Positions 8,878 through 16,369 of a stretch of DNA of 19,442 bases are shown here, piece after piece. Both the position numbers and the translations under genes were made by a program. The DNA is from a virus (lineage: Duplodnaviria > Heunggongvirae > Uroviricota > Caudoviricetes): the IMG/VR virus record IMGVR_UViG_2529292997_000011, positions 1 to 19,442 of that record; one strand, written 5' to 3'. Each line of letters begins with the position of its first letter. Positions within the stretch are counted from its first letter, which is position 1. The notes beneath the pieces were generated by a model. That model ran no database searches and was not told the origin of the DNA. It saw only the letters and a program-made list of their open reading frames with translations.

Positions 8878-10096
8878 CGTTCTTTTCCTCTTTGCCTTTC
8901 GTATCTTTAAAATCATTCAACGGATTTGCTGCATTTACGCTGACCAGCATTTCATCCAGACCATCAACCGGGTTCATGTCCTCAAATGCCCTCGCTTCAT
9001 TCCGGCTCATCCAGCCATCTGTAATGGCAAAGTGATAAAACTGCGCACGCTCCTGTGGAGTCCCGCGGAGCAATCCTGTAAGGTTGAAACGAACGTAATA
9101 CCCGGCAGCCCGTTCTGTGCGGGTAAACAGGCGACGGTTAAGCTCCTGCTCCCAGTTCGCAACCCAGGGCATCATCGTGTAGCGAACAAACTGAATCGCC
9201 TGCTGTGTAATATTCGAAAATGTGGCTTTTTCCAGGTCATTAATCATGTGCGCCGGGACATTAAAAATTCCGGCAATCATCGACCGGTTCAGCTTGGTCA
9301 TATCAATGATCTGAGCATCCACCGGAGAAACTGTCAGGGCACGGTAATCCAGTTGCGCAGGCAGCAGCATGGTTTTATTTTCCTGACTGCGAAGCGCTGT
9401 CACCGCCCGCTGCCACATATTCTTGAGCCTGCTCCAACTCTGTTCGTTCAGTTCATTTTTCACAGAAATAATCCCGGCAGGACGGGCATTACCGTTAAAA
9501 AAAGCACTGGTATACTGCTGACCACTCATTCCCATACCAATGGTTTCAGCATGCTGCATGATCGGACTCAGTCCCATTTTCTGATTGTTTCCCAGCGCCC
9601 TGATATGGATCATGTCGTCCGGACTTACCGCAAATGCACCCTCTTCGTTATACACACCGTAGGTATGACGCCCTCCAGTGTTAAGTAACGTGGTTTCCCA
9701 TGGCATACAGCATTCAAGACTGGTAACCTCGCCACGACGATTACGTTTCACCCACGTATAACCATTGCCCCACCCCAGCACATGACGCTGCTTCAGTTCC
9801 CGCCACTTATAGCTGGTCTGCCAGGCATTCGGTTCATCATGAACGAGCCAGAACAACGGGTGATCGCGTGCCGGCTGAACATGCTCATTCGTTTTTCGCA
9901 TCACATGCAGGGGCATCTGAGCCACACTGGATGAAATAACATAAATACAGGCATAGACAGCAGCCAGCCTCATGGACGTTTCCGGACTGACATACACATC
10001 CCGGGCAAAAATATTATCCGTCTCAGCGGCCTCTCCGGTTACCGGAACCGAGGGATTTTCCAGAGGCTCACTGCGAAACAGAGCATCAAGAAGCAT
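8870..10096 (-). CDS. Portal protein (HK97 family)
   Basis: 408-aa ORF downstream of the terminase large subunit; size and position are canonical. AGGAGAA sits upstream of the ATG. Confidence 0.9.
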   Translation of the reverse strand: MLLDALFRSEPLENPSVPVTGEAAETDNIFARDVYVSPETSMRLAAVYACIYVISSSVAQMPLHVMRKTNEHVQPARDHPLFWLVHDEPNAWQTSYKWRELKQRHVLGWGNGYTWVKRNRRGEVTSLECCMPWETTLLNTGGRHTYGVYNEEGAFAVSPDDMIHIRALGNNQKMGLSPIMQHAETIGMGMSGQQYTSAFFNGNARPAGIISVKNELNEQSWSRLKNMWQRAVTALRSQENKTMLLPAQLDYRALTVSPVDAQIIDMTKLNRSMIAGIFNVPAHMINDLEKATFSNITQQAIQFVRYTMMPWVANWEQELNRRLFTRTERAAGYYVRFNLTGLLRGTPQERAQFYHFAITDGWMSRNEARAFEDMNPVDGLDEMLVSVNAANPLNDFKDTKGKEEKNDE

Positions 10097-10226
10097 GTTT
10101 TCTCCTCATGGACACCACCAGTGCATAAAGCAGCAACAAACAGCCAGACAGCATCAGAGACGCTGGCAGACCTGCATACAGATAAACGCCAGCAGTGAGC
10201 AAACCGAAACCGATCAGCCCGGTCAT
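10086..10226 (-). CDS. Candidate 46-aa hydrophobic peptide between terminase and portal genes
   Basis: Hand-translated minus-strand ORF, below the track's 60-aa cut-off: MTGLIGFGLLTAGVYLYAGLPASLMLSGCLLLLYALVVSMRRKHAS. Almost entirely hydrophobic with a basic tail. Weak RBS; its 3' end overlaps the portal RBS and start. Confidence 0.25.
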   Translation of the reverse strand: MTGLIGFGLLTAGVYLYAGLPASLMLSGCLLLLYALVVSMRRKHAS

Positions 10227-10243
10227 ATCAGTAATAAGCTGTT

Positions 10244-12001
10244 TCACAGAATTAACAGGTCCTCATCAGGATCAAGCGTGGACAGAAAGTCATTCACGCC
10301 CCCGCCATTTACCAGAAAGCGGCTCATGGCTGTAAAAAGCGCAACAGGGCCGTCGATTTTGGCTTCCGGCGTGGATTTATTCGGGAAGATGTTGTCGTTT
10401 TTGTCCGGTTTTACAGTAACGTTAGACATCATCCAGTTCATGACCGGATGATTGCTGTGATGGAAACGCCCGGCATAAACCAGTGATTCCGTTTCCTTCA
10501 TGGCCTCTGACAGATTGCGGACCGTCTGCGGAACCTCCACCAGCGGTATCCCTTCTTCAGCCAGTGCCAGACTGAACTGCATTGCGCTCCACGGGTCAAA
10601 TCCCAGTTCCCTGAGGTTTTCACCGCCAATCCATTCCAGTAAGTCACTTTTTATCTGAGCATGATCGATAACATCACCATCCGTCAGGATGAGCTTATCC
10701 ATCTCCGCCCACTTCCGGTAAAGTTCTGCCTGCTGCCGCGAGCATCGTTCCAGCCGTCCTTCCGGAAGCCAGAATTTAAAATCAGCATGAACATGTCCGT
10801 TATCGGTTCGCCAGAGTTTTGCCGCCGCACAGATATCAATCTTATGAGCAAGGTCGACGCCGACCCACATGGGATATGTTTTCAGCTCATGTTGTGGAGC
10901 AATGTATTCGCACTTCTCCCACTTAATCATATCCATCCAGGCAGATTCGGCAGTGACCCACACATTCATGTGTTTGGTAAAAAAATTCACCCGCGCAGAG
11001 ACCTGTTCTTTCGCTTTTTTCGCCAGGCGACGCAGATCATCCCAGCGTTTACAGATGCCCAGGCCGGGATTCGCTTTCTGCCAGACCGTTTCATCAAACG
11101 GATCATCTCCCTCATCGAGGGTGTAAATAATCGCAAAGTAGGAGTCGTCTTTTACCGCGCCCTCCACGTCGCTGTTATAGCCACGCAATACCTTGATGGC
11201 GTAATCACGCTGCTCGTAACAAATCCCTTCCTTGTTAAACCCTGCCGTGGTGATACCAAATAAAAGGGACTGCAGACGGGCACCGGTTGCCGTTTCCAGA
11301 ACGTCCCACACGTCACGAGTTTTATGTGCATGCAGCTCATCAATAATGGCGCAGTGGATGTTCAGACCATCCAGGTTGTTTGCATCCGAAGAAAGCGGTT
11401 CAAATTTTGATGCGCTCTGCTCCTGGTAAATCGCCAGCTTGTTGAAATCAAACAACCGCCCGAGTGTCGACCGGGCTTTTCTGACCATATTTTTGGCGTC
11501 TTCAAACACGATTCTGGCCTGGTCACGCGTGGTTGCGGCTGAATACACCTCAGCTCCGCCTTCACCATCTGCCCCCGTCATATACAGGCCGATACCCGAT
11601 GACAGAGTTGATTTTGCGTTTTTACGGGCGACTTCGTTGTACGCCGTCCGGAACCGGCGCACCATCACCGGACGTCCGCTGCCATCGCTGCGCATGACAA
11701 CTTCCCCGGTCTCTTCATTGACCAGCGGAATGACAAAACCAAAAATATTAATGAGGATAAATACATGCCAGTCCATCAACTCAATGGGCTGGCCTGCCAG
11801 CGCCCCTTTTACATGAGGCACAAATTTGTAGAAATTCAGGATGTGCTGCGCACGGGGTTCACTGAAATAAATCCCCCGCTCTTCGCCGTACTTCAGATCA
11901 TCAAGAAAACGCTGGCAGGCCAGGCGGACAAATTCGCCAGCAACAATTTCTCCTGCAACAACACGTTCGGCGTAGCGGATCCCGTCAGCCACTTTTGCCA
12001 T
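10244..12001 (-). CDS. Terminase large subunit
   Basis: 585-aa ORF whose ATG overlaps the stop of the small-subunit gene (ATGA). P-loop-like segment VARKNAKST near the N-terminus and an acidic nuclease-like C-terminal half, followed by the portal gene. Confidence 0.9.
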   Translation of the reverse strand: MAKVADGIRYAERVVAGEIVAGEFVRLACQRFLDDLKYGEERGIYFSEPRAQHILNFYKFVPHVKGALAGQPIELMDWHVFILINIFGFVIPLVNEETGEVVMRSDGSGRPVMVRRFRTAYNEVARKNAKSTLSSGIGLYMTGADGEGGAEVYSAATTRDQARIVFEDAKNMVRKARSTLGRLFDFNKLAIYQEQSASKFEPLSSDANNLDGLNIHCAIIDELHAHKTRDVWDVLETATGARLQSLLFGITTAGFNKEGICYEQRDYAIKVLRGYNSDVEGAVKDDSYFAIIYTLDEGDDPFDETVWQKANPGLGICKRWDDLRRLAKKAKEQVSARVNFFTKHMNVWVTAESAWMDMIKWEKCEYIAPQHELKTYPMWVGVDLAHKIDICAAAKLWRTDNGHVHADFKFWLPEGRLERCSRQQAELYRKWAEMDKLILTDGDVIDHAQIKSDLLEWIGGENLRELGFDPWSAMQFSLALAEEGIPLVEVPQTVRNLSEAMKETESLVYAGRFHHSNHPVMNWMMSNVTVKPDKNDNIFPNKSTPEAKIDGPVALFTAMSRFLVNGGGVNDFLSTLDPDEDLLIL

Positions 12002-12483
12002 CAGTCTCTCGCTTTTAAAAGCTCCGCCAGCGGATCAACATCATCCGGTCCGGCGATATTTACTTTAGCCCGGCTTGCCGGTGACATACCAAACTCTGCA
12101 AGCATTGCCCGGATCCGCTTCCAGGCATCCGCTTTCATTGCCGCCGCGGGGTGCGCCTTAATCAGTACATCACCGCTCTGCGTTTCCGTGCGGTAGGTAT
12201 ACCCCTCAACATCGAGTGTTTCGCAGTGATGCCGATATTCGGTGTAGGCTTCCACCAGCAACTCGAGCGCACGCGCATCAAGCTGAGAAATGATCCCTTC
12301 CGCATTCAGCTCTTCCGCCATTCGCCTGAACCAGTACTTCCCCTGAGCCCCTAAATGCTGCGGAATTTTAGGAAGACCTTTTTCATCCTTTTTAGCGGTT
12401 TTTTTGTGGTCTTTAACGGGGCGCTTTGAGGGGTTGCCTCGAATCAAATGCAGGCGTGGCGGGGTTTTCGGAGGTCCTGACAT
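12001..12483 (-). CDS. Terminase small subunit (P27 family-like)
   Basis: 160-aa ORF with a basic N-terminus (RGNPSKRPVKDHKKTAKK), immediately upstream of and translationally coupled to the large subunit, and downstream of an HNH gene. This is the HK97-type arrangement. Confidence 0.8.
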   Translation of the reverse strand: MSGPPKTPPRLHLIRGNPSKRPVKDHKKTAKKDEKGLPKIPQHLGAQGKYWFRRMAEELNAEGIISQLDARALELLVEAYTEYRHHCETLDVEGYTYRTETQSGDVLIKAHPAAAMKADAWKRIRAMLAEFGMSPASRAKVNIAGPDDVDPLAELLKARD

Positions 12484-12631
12484 AATCGGTCTTACCTATC
12501 AATCGTTTGTTCACATTTCCAAAAAAAAGTTTTCGAACCTGCGGCGATGTGAGGAAGGGTCAGGCGGCGGTACTGAGCAGCCAGGGCTGCAGGGATTTGA
12601 CCCACCCCTCCCCTACAGATGGGAACTGTTA
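12484..12631. other. Non-coding gap between the HNH gene and the terminase small subunit; candidate cos / packaging region
   Basis: 148-bp gap containing an A8 tract and a GC-rich segment (GGGTCAGGCGGCGGTACTGAGCAGCCAGGGCTGCAGGG). In HK97-like phages cos lies between the HNH gene and the terminase small subunit. Inference from position only. Confidence 0.3.
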
Positions 12632-12982
12632 TCAATTGATGCGTTCGCGCGCTGTTTTTGCTTTATGGCAGGGCCAGCACAGACTCTGCAGGTTACTGTC
12701 TGCATCCGAGCCACCATGAGCTTTCGGAATGATGTGGTCCACAGTTCTGGCTTCAACGGCTCTCCCATTGCGCAGGCAGTTCTGACACAGATCATTATCA
12801 CGCTTCAGTATGCGCGCACGTATGGCATCCCATTTCGAGCCATAGCCACGCTGGTGGCGACTCAGTCCGCGCTGATGCTGTACCCATCCTTCGCCACGAT
12901 GTTTATCGCAGTAACCAGAACTGTCTGTGGTTGTACCTGCACATCCACGTTTACGGCAGGCTCGTGGGATTAGTGCTGGCAT
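12632..12982 (-). CDS. HNH endonuclease (terminase-associated)
   Basis: 116-aa ORF with a cysteine pair near the N-terminus (CRKRGCAG...CDKH), the HNH core DHIIPKAHGG...N, and a C-terminal CWPCH. Confidence 0.85.
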   Translation of the reverse strand: MPALIPRACRKRGCAGTTTDSSGYCDKHRGEGWVQHQRGLSRHQRGYGSKWDAIRARILKRDNDLCQNCLRNGRAVEARTVDHIIPKAHGGSDADSNLQSLCWPCHKAKTARERIN

Positions 12983-13120
12983 GTTTCGCCCTTATATAAA
13001 TCAAAAGTGACCTGCATTGAGTATCTCCATGAAATAGATTTGCCGCTGATATGAGCCAGATCAATAGACTTCATGAGCTAACGGGTGTAGATATTACTTT
13101 TTACTTCAGAGGGTTAACTC

Positions 13121-13660
13121 ATGGATATTAAGGATAAAATCAATACCATTTTGTTATGTGACATTGCCATCCACCTAGGTATCGAAACTGATATTGATCC
13201 ACAGCTTGTAAAATATGCTGTGTCATCTGGTAATGATTGGGTTATGAAGGCCGAATATTCACATTTGGATGTTGATGAACCAAGTAAAGAAGATCGTGAT
13301 TTTGTTACTGCTGTCTTGAATATGTACCGCGGACTTTCCAATGCTTTCAGGAAACTTAGTGATGACGAGCAAAAAGAATTAGTCCGTGACCATCATCTAA
13401 AAATACATGATGGGGAAATTCAGCTCCCAGGTTTCGACGGTCATAATGAATGCGATTACTTCAGTATCATTGAGGCATATCAGAAAATTGATCGCTTCCC
13501 CGAACAGAAACAGCCCATTGCCAATACTCATTCACGTACAGAACATCTCTATAACGCAATGCTTGATGAGTTTAAGAAAATTGACGCTGTAAATCGAAGC
13601 TGGGATTTATCGAAGGAAGAACTGGCATCCATTCTTTCCACAGCTCCACGCAGTTTCTAA
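13121..13660 (+). CDS. YfbU-family (UPF0304) protein; cargo gene transcribed opposite to the late operon
   Basis: The only convincing plus-strand gene in the window. RBS AGAGGG 8 nt before the ATG. Motifs LNMYRGL, PGFDGHNECDYFSIIEAY and HSRTEHLYNAML align by eye with the corresponding segments of E. coli YfbU as I remember it. Markedly AT-rich compared with flanking phage genes. Confidence 0.7.
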   Translation: MDIKDKINTILLCDIAIHLGIETDIDPQLVKYAVSSGNDWVMKAEYSHLDVDEPSKEDRDFVTAVLNMYRGLSNAFRKLSDDEQKELVRDHHLKIHDGEIQLPGFDGHNECDYFSIIEAYQKIDRFPEQKQPIANTHSRTEHLYNAMLDEFKKIDAVNRSWDLSKEELASILSTAPRSF

Positions 13661-13665
13661 GTGCT

Positions 13666-13932
13666 TTAGGCGGGTTTCCAACCCGCCTTATTATGCTCGT
13701 ATATAGAGAAGGAAGCACCCAAATTAACCAGCGCGGATTTCTTTTCCTCAATACGGCTGTTAAGTTCAGCAACTGCATGCGGGCGTATGGCCTCAAGAAA
13801 AGCACTATATTGATAGGCAGACTGGATTGTCACACCAAGCCCTGCACCACTTTCCAGTATACCTTTCTGTCGCTGTAGCTCTTTCATCTCGTTATAGATG
13901 TAATGTGCGTTACTTAGGTTTTCTACGTTCAC
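13666..13932 (-). CDS. Hypothetical 88-aa protein (GTG start), convergent with the YfbU-like gene
   Basis: ORF-track ORF; I checked that the initiator is GTG with AGGAAG about 10 nt upstream. No family recognised. Its last codons are encoded by the terminator hairpin, so it may be a real small cargo gene or an artefact. Confidence 0.4.
   Translation of the reverse strand: MNVENLSNAHYIYNEMKELQRQKGILESGAGLGVTIQSAYQYSAFLEAIRPHAVAELNSRIEEKKSALVNLGASFSIYEHNKAGWKPA
13667..13689 (+). terminator. Hairpin terminator at the 3' end of the YfbU-like gene
   Basis: GGCGGGU-uucca-ACCCGCC followed on the plus strand by UUAUUAU. The minus-strand side lacks a U-run. Confidence 0.45.
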
Positions 13933-14087
13933 GCCCTAAGTTCTTCCTGCAGTTAGCCTGCACTGATTTGTTATGCGCCAATATGTCCCGCTTCGTCTGT
14001 TGCATTATCATAAGTAATAGCGTAGGTTGACACCTTGGCTCTCTTTCGCCACCGGCGAATCTTTAGCGGATTATCCTTGGCCGGTTT

Positions 14088-14570
14088 TTATCTGAGACAT
14101 TGCTCACGAATGTATAGCTGTGCCCCTTCCAGTTGCTTCTGCATCGTCATCAACCGTTCTCTGAGGGTGAAATAATCCCGTTCAGCGGTGTCTGCCAGTC
14201 TGGGGCTGGTTGCATTATCCACGCTGGTGGGTCCGGTGGCTTCACGCACGGCTGCGGAGCAACTGGCATTGACCCGCAGGCGCTTACGACCAGCGGCAAC
14301 ATCAGCGCGCAGAGTTTCATTTTCAGCTTTCGCATTGGCTAATTCTCTCGAGTACTTTGCATCGAGCGCAGCAACATCACGCTGACGCTGCTGCATGTCA
14401 GCGATGGTGGCGGTCAGCTGCTTCAGCTCACTGACTTTTTTATCACGCTGTTCTTTGTAGGTGATGGCGTTATCACGGTAATGATTGACCGCCCACGACA
14501 GGCAGACGATGATGCAGATAACCAGAGCATAAATAATCGCGGCGACTCTGCTCACTGATCTATTCCCCAA
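14088..14570 (-). CDS. Rz: Rz i-spanin (lambda Rz-like)
   Basis: Translation (...[38 protein letters not shown]...[35 protein letters not shown]) closely resembles lambda Rz from memory. Track start at 14570 is TTG; a GTG at 14555 overlapping the endolysin stop gives a lambda-like MSRV... N-terminus. Confidence 0.9.
   Translation of the reverse strand: MGNRSVSRVAAIIYALVICIIVCLSWAVNHYRDNAITYKEQRDKKVSELKQLTATIADMQQRQRDVAALDAKYSRELANAKAENETLRADVAAGRKRLRVNASCSAAVREATGPTSVDNATSPRLADTAERDYFTLRERLMTMQKQLEGAQLYIREQCLR
14150..14335 (-). CDS. Rz1: Rz1 o-spanin lipoprotein, embedded in the +1 frame of Rz
   Basis: 61-aa ORF wholly inside Rz with lipobox LVVSAC and the proline-rich segment [30 protein letters not shown], which I recognise as lambda Rz1-like. 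Confidence 0.85.
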   Translation of the reverse strand: MRKLKMKLCALMLPLVVSACGSMPVAPQPCVKPPDPPAWIMQPAPDWQTPLNGIISPSENG

Positions 14571-15085
14571 CAGGCTAATGCGCTTTCCTGGTCACGACGA
14601 ATAACCTGTCCATAGCAGTTATTTGAACGTATGCGGCAATCGCGCCCACCATCTTTTATCCACCAGCGAATCGCCTCGCATGCGCCCTTACGATCACCAG
14701 CATTCAGCCGCTTATAAAACGTCGATGGAAAACACTTACCGGGGCCAATGTTATAGGGACAAAATGACGCGATACCCGCTTTTTGTGGTTCGGTCAGTGG
14801 TACTTTAATATTGCGCTCCACCCATGCCAGCGCCTTATCACGCTCAATGGCGTTGACCTGGTCGCATTTTTCCTTCGACAGTTTCATACCGGGAAAAACG
14901 GGTTTTCCATCCACCATCGTGGCACCCCGACAGATGGTCCAGATGCCGGAACCATCGCGGTATGCCGTTGTGTGGTTACCTTCTTTTTCATCCAGAAACT
15001 GGTCGAGAATATCAGGCGCGGGCGCACCGACGGCAATCAGTGCCAGAACGGCAGCCGACAGGCCGTATCTGATTTTTGCGTTCAT
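14552..15085 (-). CDS. Endolysin, lysozyme-type with N-terminal signal-anchor-release (SAR) domain
   Basis: 177-aa ORF with a hydrophobic N-terminus ([16 protein letters not shown]) followed by a lysozyme-like domain. Resembles from memory the SAR endolysins of phage-21-type cassettes such as E. coli Qin RrrQ. Paired with a pinholin upstream. Confidence 0.9.
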   Translation of the reverse strand: MNAKIRYGLSAAVLALIAVGAPAPDILDQFLDEKEGNHTTAYRDGSGIWTICRGATMVDGKPVFPGMKLSKEKCDQVNAIERDKALAWVERNIKVPLTEPQKAGIASFCPYNIGPGKCFPSTFYKRLNAGDRKGACEAIRWWIKDGGRDCRIRSNNCYGQVIRRDQESALACWGIDQ

Positions 15086-15148
15086 GGATATTTATCAGGA
15101 TTTATCGGTTTCTGCCCACGGACAGGTTTATCTGTTCCGGTCAGTGAC

Positions 15149-15499
15149 TTAAGGTTGTGATTCCGGAGGAGTCTTCAGAGAACCAGTAATTCTTCCTGGT
15201 AGCTTTCCTTTGTAGGTTATCCACACATTCTGCGCCTCTAAAATTACGGGGCGCTTTTCCGGCGACTGCTCATCCCCTTCACATAACCCGGCAGCAACAT
15301 CCAGGAAGACCTGTCTGATGCTCCTTCTGGCTGCTGCCTCATAAAACTCCAGCGCGGCACCTTCAACACGGTCCAGCGAGATGTCCAGGTCAAAAATTTC
15401 GCCGTCAAAGCGTTTTTTGTCCCGTAACGCTAAAGTTACCGTAACTTTATTCTCAAAATTGCGGATCCCTTTCACAATCAGTTCATAGTTTTGAGTCAT
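15149..15499 (-). CDS. Lysis-cassette protein of unknown function (YdfR-like)
   Basis: 116-aa ORF between holin and endolysin, beginning MTQNYELIVKGIRNFENKVTVT.... The position matches ydfR in the Qin essQ-ydfR-rrrQ cassette; the family assignment is from memory. Confidence 0.65.
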   Translation of the reverse strand: MTQNYELIVKGIRNFENKVTVTLALRDKKRFDGEIFDLDISLDRVEGAALEFYEAAARRSIRQVFLDVAAGLCEGDEQSPEKRPVILEAQNVWITYKGKLPGRITGSLKTPPESQP

Positions 15500-15503
15500 T
15501 GAA

Positions 15504-15719
15504 TTACTCTCCCCGTGCAGCCTTACGCTTGTCTTCTCTGATTTTGAAGTACAGATTTGTCAGATAAGTCAGGAAGCCCAGAACCAGACTCCCCAGTACA
15601 CCAATCGCAGCCCACTGTGACGGACTGACCTGATCAAGCCACTGTAAAAACCAGTAGCCAGCACTGCCTGCGGAGGTGCCGTAGGCAATGCCCGTTGAAA
15701 TTTTGTCCATGGATTTCAT
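15504..15719 (-). CDS. S: Class II holin, phage 21 S-like pinholin with dual-start motif
   Basis: 71-aa [74 protein letters not shown], near-identical to S21 as I remember it. M1 and M4 form the Met-Lys-x-Met dual start. Strong RBS GGAGGTGAGG. Confidence 0.9.
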   Translation of the reverse strand: MKSMDKISTGIAYGTSAGSAGYWFLQWLDQVSPSQWAAIGVLGSLVLGFLTYLTNLYFKIREDKRKAARGE

Positions 15720-15780
15720 AGCCTCACCTCCGCAAATAACGGATGGCGTAGTTTTACACTGAGAAATGAAAGGGATTTGA

Positions 15781-15803
15781 AAAGAAAAACCCGCAAAAGC
15801 GGG
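15781..15803 (-). terminator. Intrinsic terminator downstream of the tRNA cluster and upstream of the holin
   Basis: Minus-strand CCCGC-UUUU-GCGGG followed by UUUUUCUUUUC. Confidence 0.5.
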
Positions 15804-15959
15804 CGAAACGATATATACAGTAAGGGAAGCACTCTATCCAACAAACCACCCACAGTTAATCGGAATAAAAGCAGAGTGCTTATGAATGATCGCCTGCCCG
15901 AAGGTTAGTATTTCTGCACAGCAATTTTGCAAAAAAAGCGATCATTCATAACTTAAACG

Positions 15960-16003
15960 TCTTTCAGTCACTCCGGGATTTCCCATCATCGCAGACTGAA
16001 AGA
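15960..16003. repeat. 10-bp perfect inverted repeat with 24-bp spacer just 3' of the tRNA cluster
   Basis: TCTTTCAGTC (15960-15969) and GACTGAAAGA (15994-16003) are exact reverse complements. Confidence 0.3.
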
Positions 16004-16010
16004 CTCTAAC

Positions 16011-16085
<75 letters not shown>

Positions 16086-16088
16086 ATA

Positions 16089-16164
<76 letters not shown>

Positions 16165-16166
16165 AC

Positions 16167-16243
16167 TGGACCGCCACCGGGGACTCGAACCTCGCACACT
16201 CAACTTAAAGGGTTGACGCTCTTTCCTGATGAGCTAGTGGCGG
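16167..16243 (-). tRNA. tRNA-like gene, non-canonical; anticodon UUU (Lys) if the standard register holds; possibly a pseudo-tRNA
   Basis: Reverse complement CCGCCAC-UA-GCUC-AUCAGGAAA-GAGC-G-UCAAC-CCUUUAA-GUUGA-GUGUG-CGAGG-UUCGAGU-CCCCG-GUGGCGG-U-CCA. Acceptor, D and anticodon stems pair, but position 33 is C rather than the near-invariant U, and the T stem has an A:C mismatch. Confidence 0.5.
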
Positions 16244-16244
16244 C

Positions 16245-16320
16245 TGGTGGCCCTTGCTGGATTTGAACCAGCGACCTGGCGATTATGAGTCGCTCGCTCT
16301 CACCACTGAGCTAAAGGGCC
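16245..16320 (-). tRNA. tRNA with anticodon CAU, tRNA-Ile2 (ileX-like) or elongator tRNA-Met
   Basis: Reverse complement GGCCCUU-UA-GCUC-AGUGGUGA-GAGC-G-AGCGA-CUCAUAA-UCGCC-AGGUC-GCUGG-UUCAAAU-CCAGC-AAGGGCC-A-CCA. Resembles E. coli ileX from memory but diverged. Separated from the neighbouring tRNA by 1 nt. Confidence 0.8.
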
Positions 16321-16329
16321 GGGAGCAGA

Positions 16330-16358
16330 ATAATAATGGTGCGTAATTAATTCTGCAA
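16330..16358 (-). promoter_or_regulatory. Near-consensus sigma-70 promoter driving the tRNA cluster
   Basis: Minus strand: TTGCAG (16358-16353), 17-nt spacer, TATTAT (16335-16330), about 9 nt before the 5' end of the first tRNA. Confidence 0.55.
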
Positions 16359-16369
16359 TCTCATCCGTT

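Noticed and set aside
9032-9688. 218-aa plus-strand ORF antisense to the portal gene
   Set aside because: Entirely contained within the strongly supported portal gene on the opposite strand; Cys/His/Arg-rich composition typical of an antisense reading of a coding region.
10661-11263. 200-aa plus-strand ORF antisense to the terminase large subunit (similar antisense ORFs at 7805..8272, 12404..12973 and 16844..17350)
   Set aside because: All lie inside confidently assigned minus-strand genes, have no RBS and no family resemblance; treated as antisense shadow ORFs.
13693-14030. Plus-strand ORFs 13693..13878 and 13827..14030 in the AT-rich island
   Set aside because: Short, overlapping the minus-strand 88-aa ORF and the intergenic region, with no RBS and low-complexity translations; AT-rich sequence generates many such chance ORFs.
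15720-16010. Possibility that a Shiga-toxin (stxAB) or other toxin cassette sits between the tRNA cluster and the holin, as in Stx phages
   Set aside because: The interval is only about 290 bp and contains just a terminator and an inverted repeat; no ORF of suitable size exists there.
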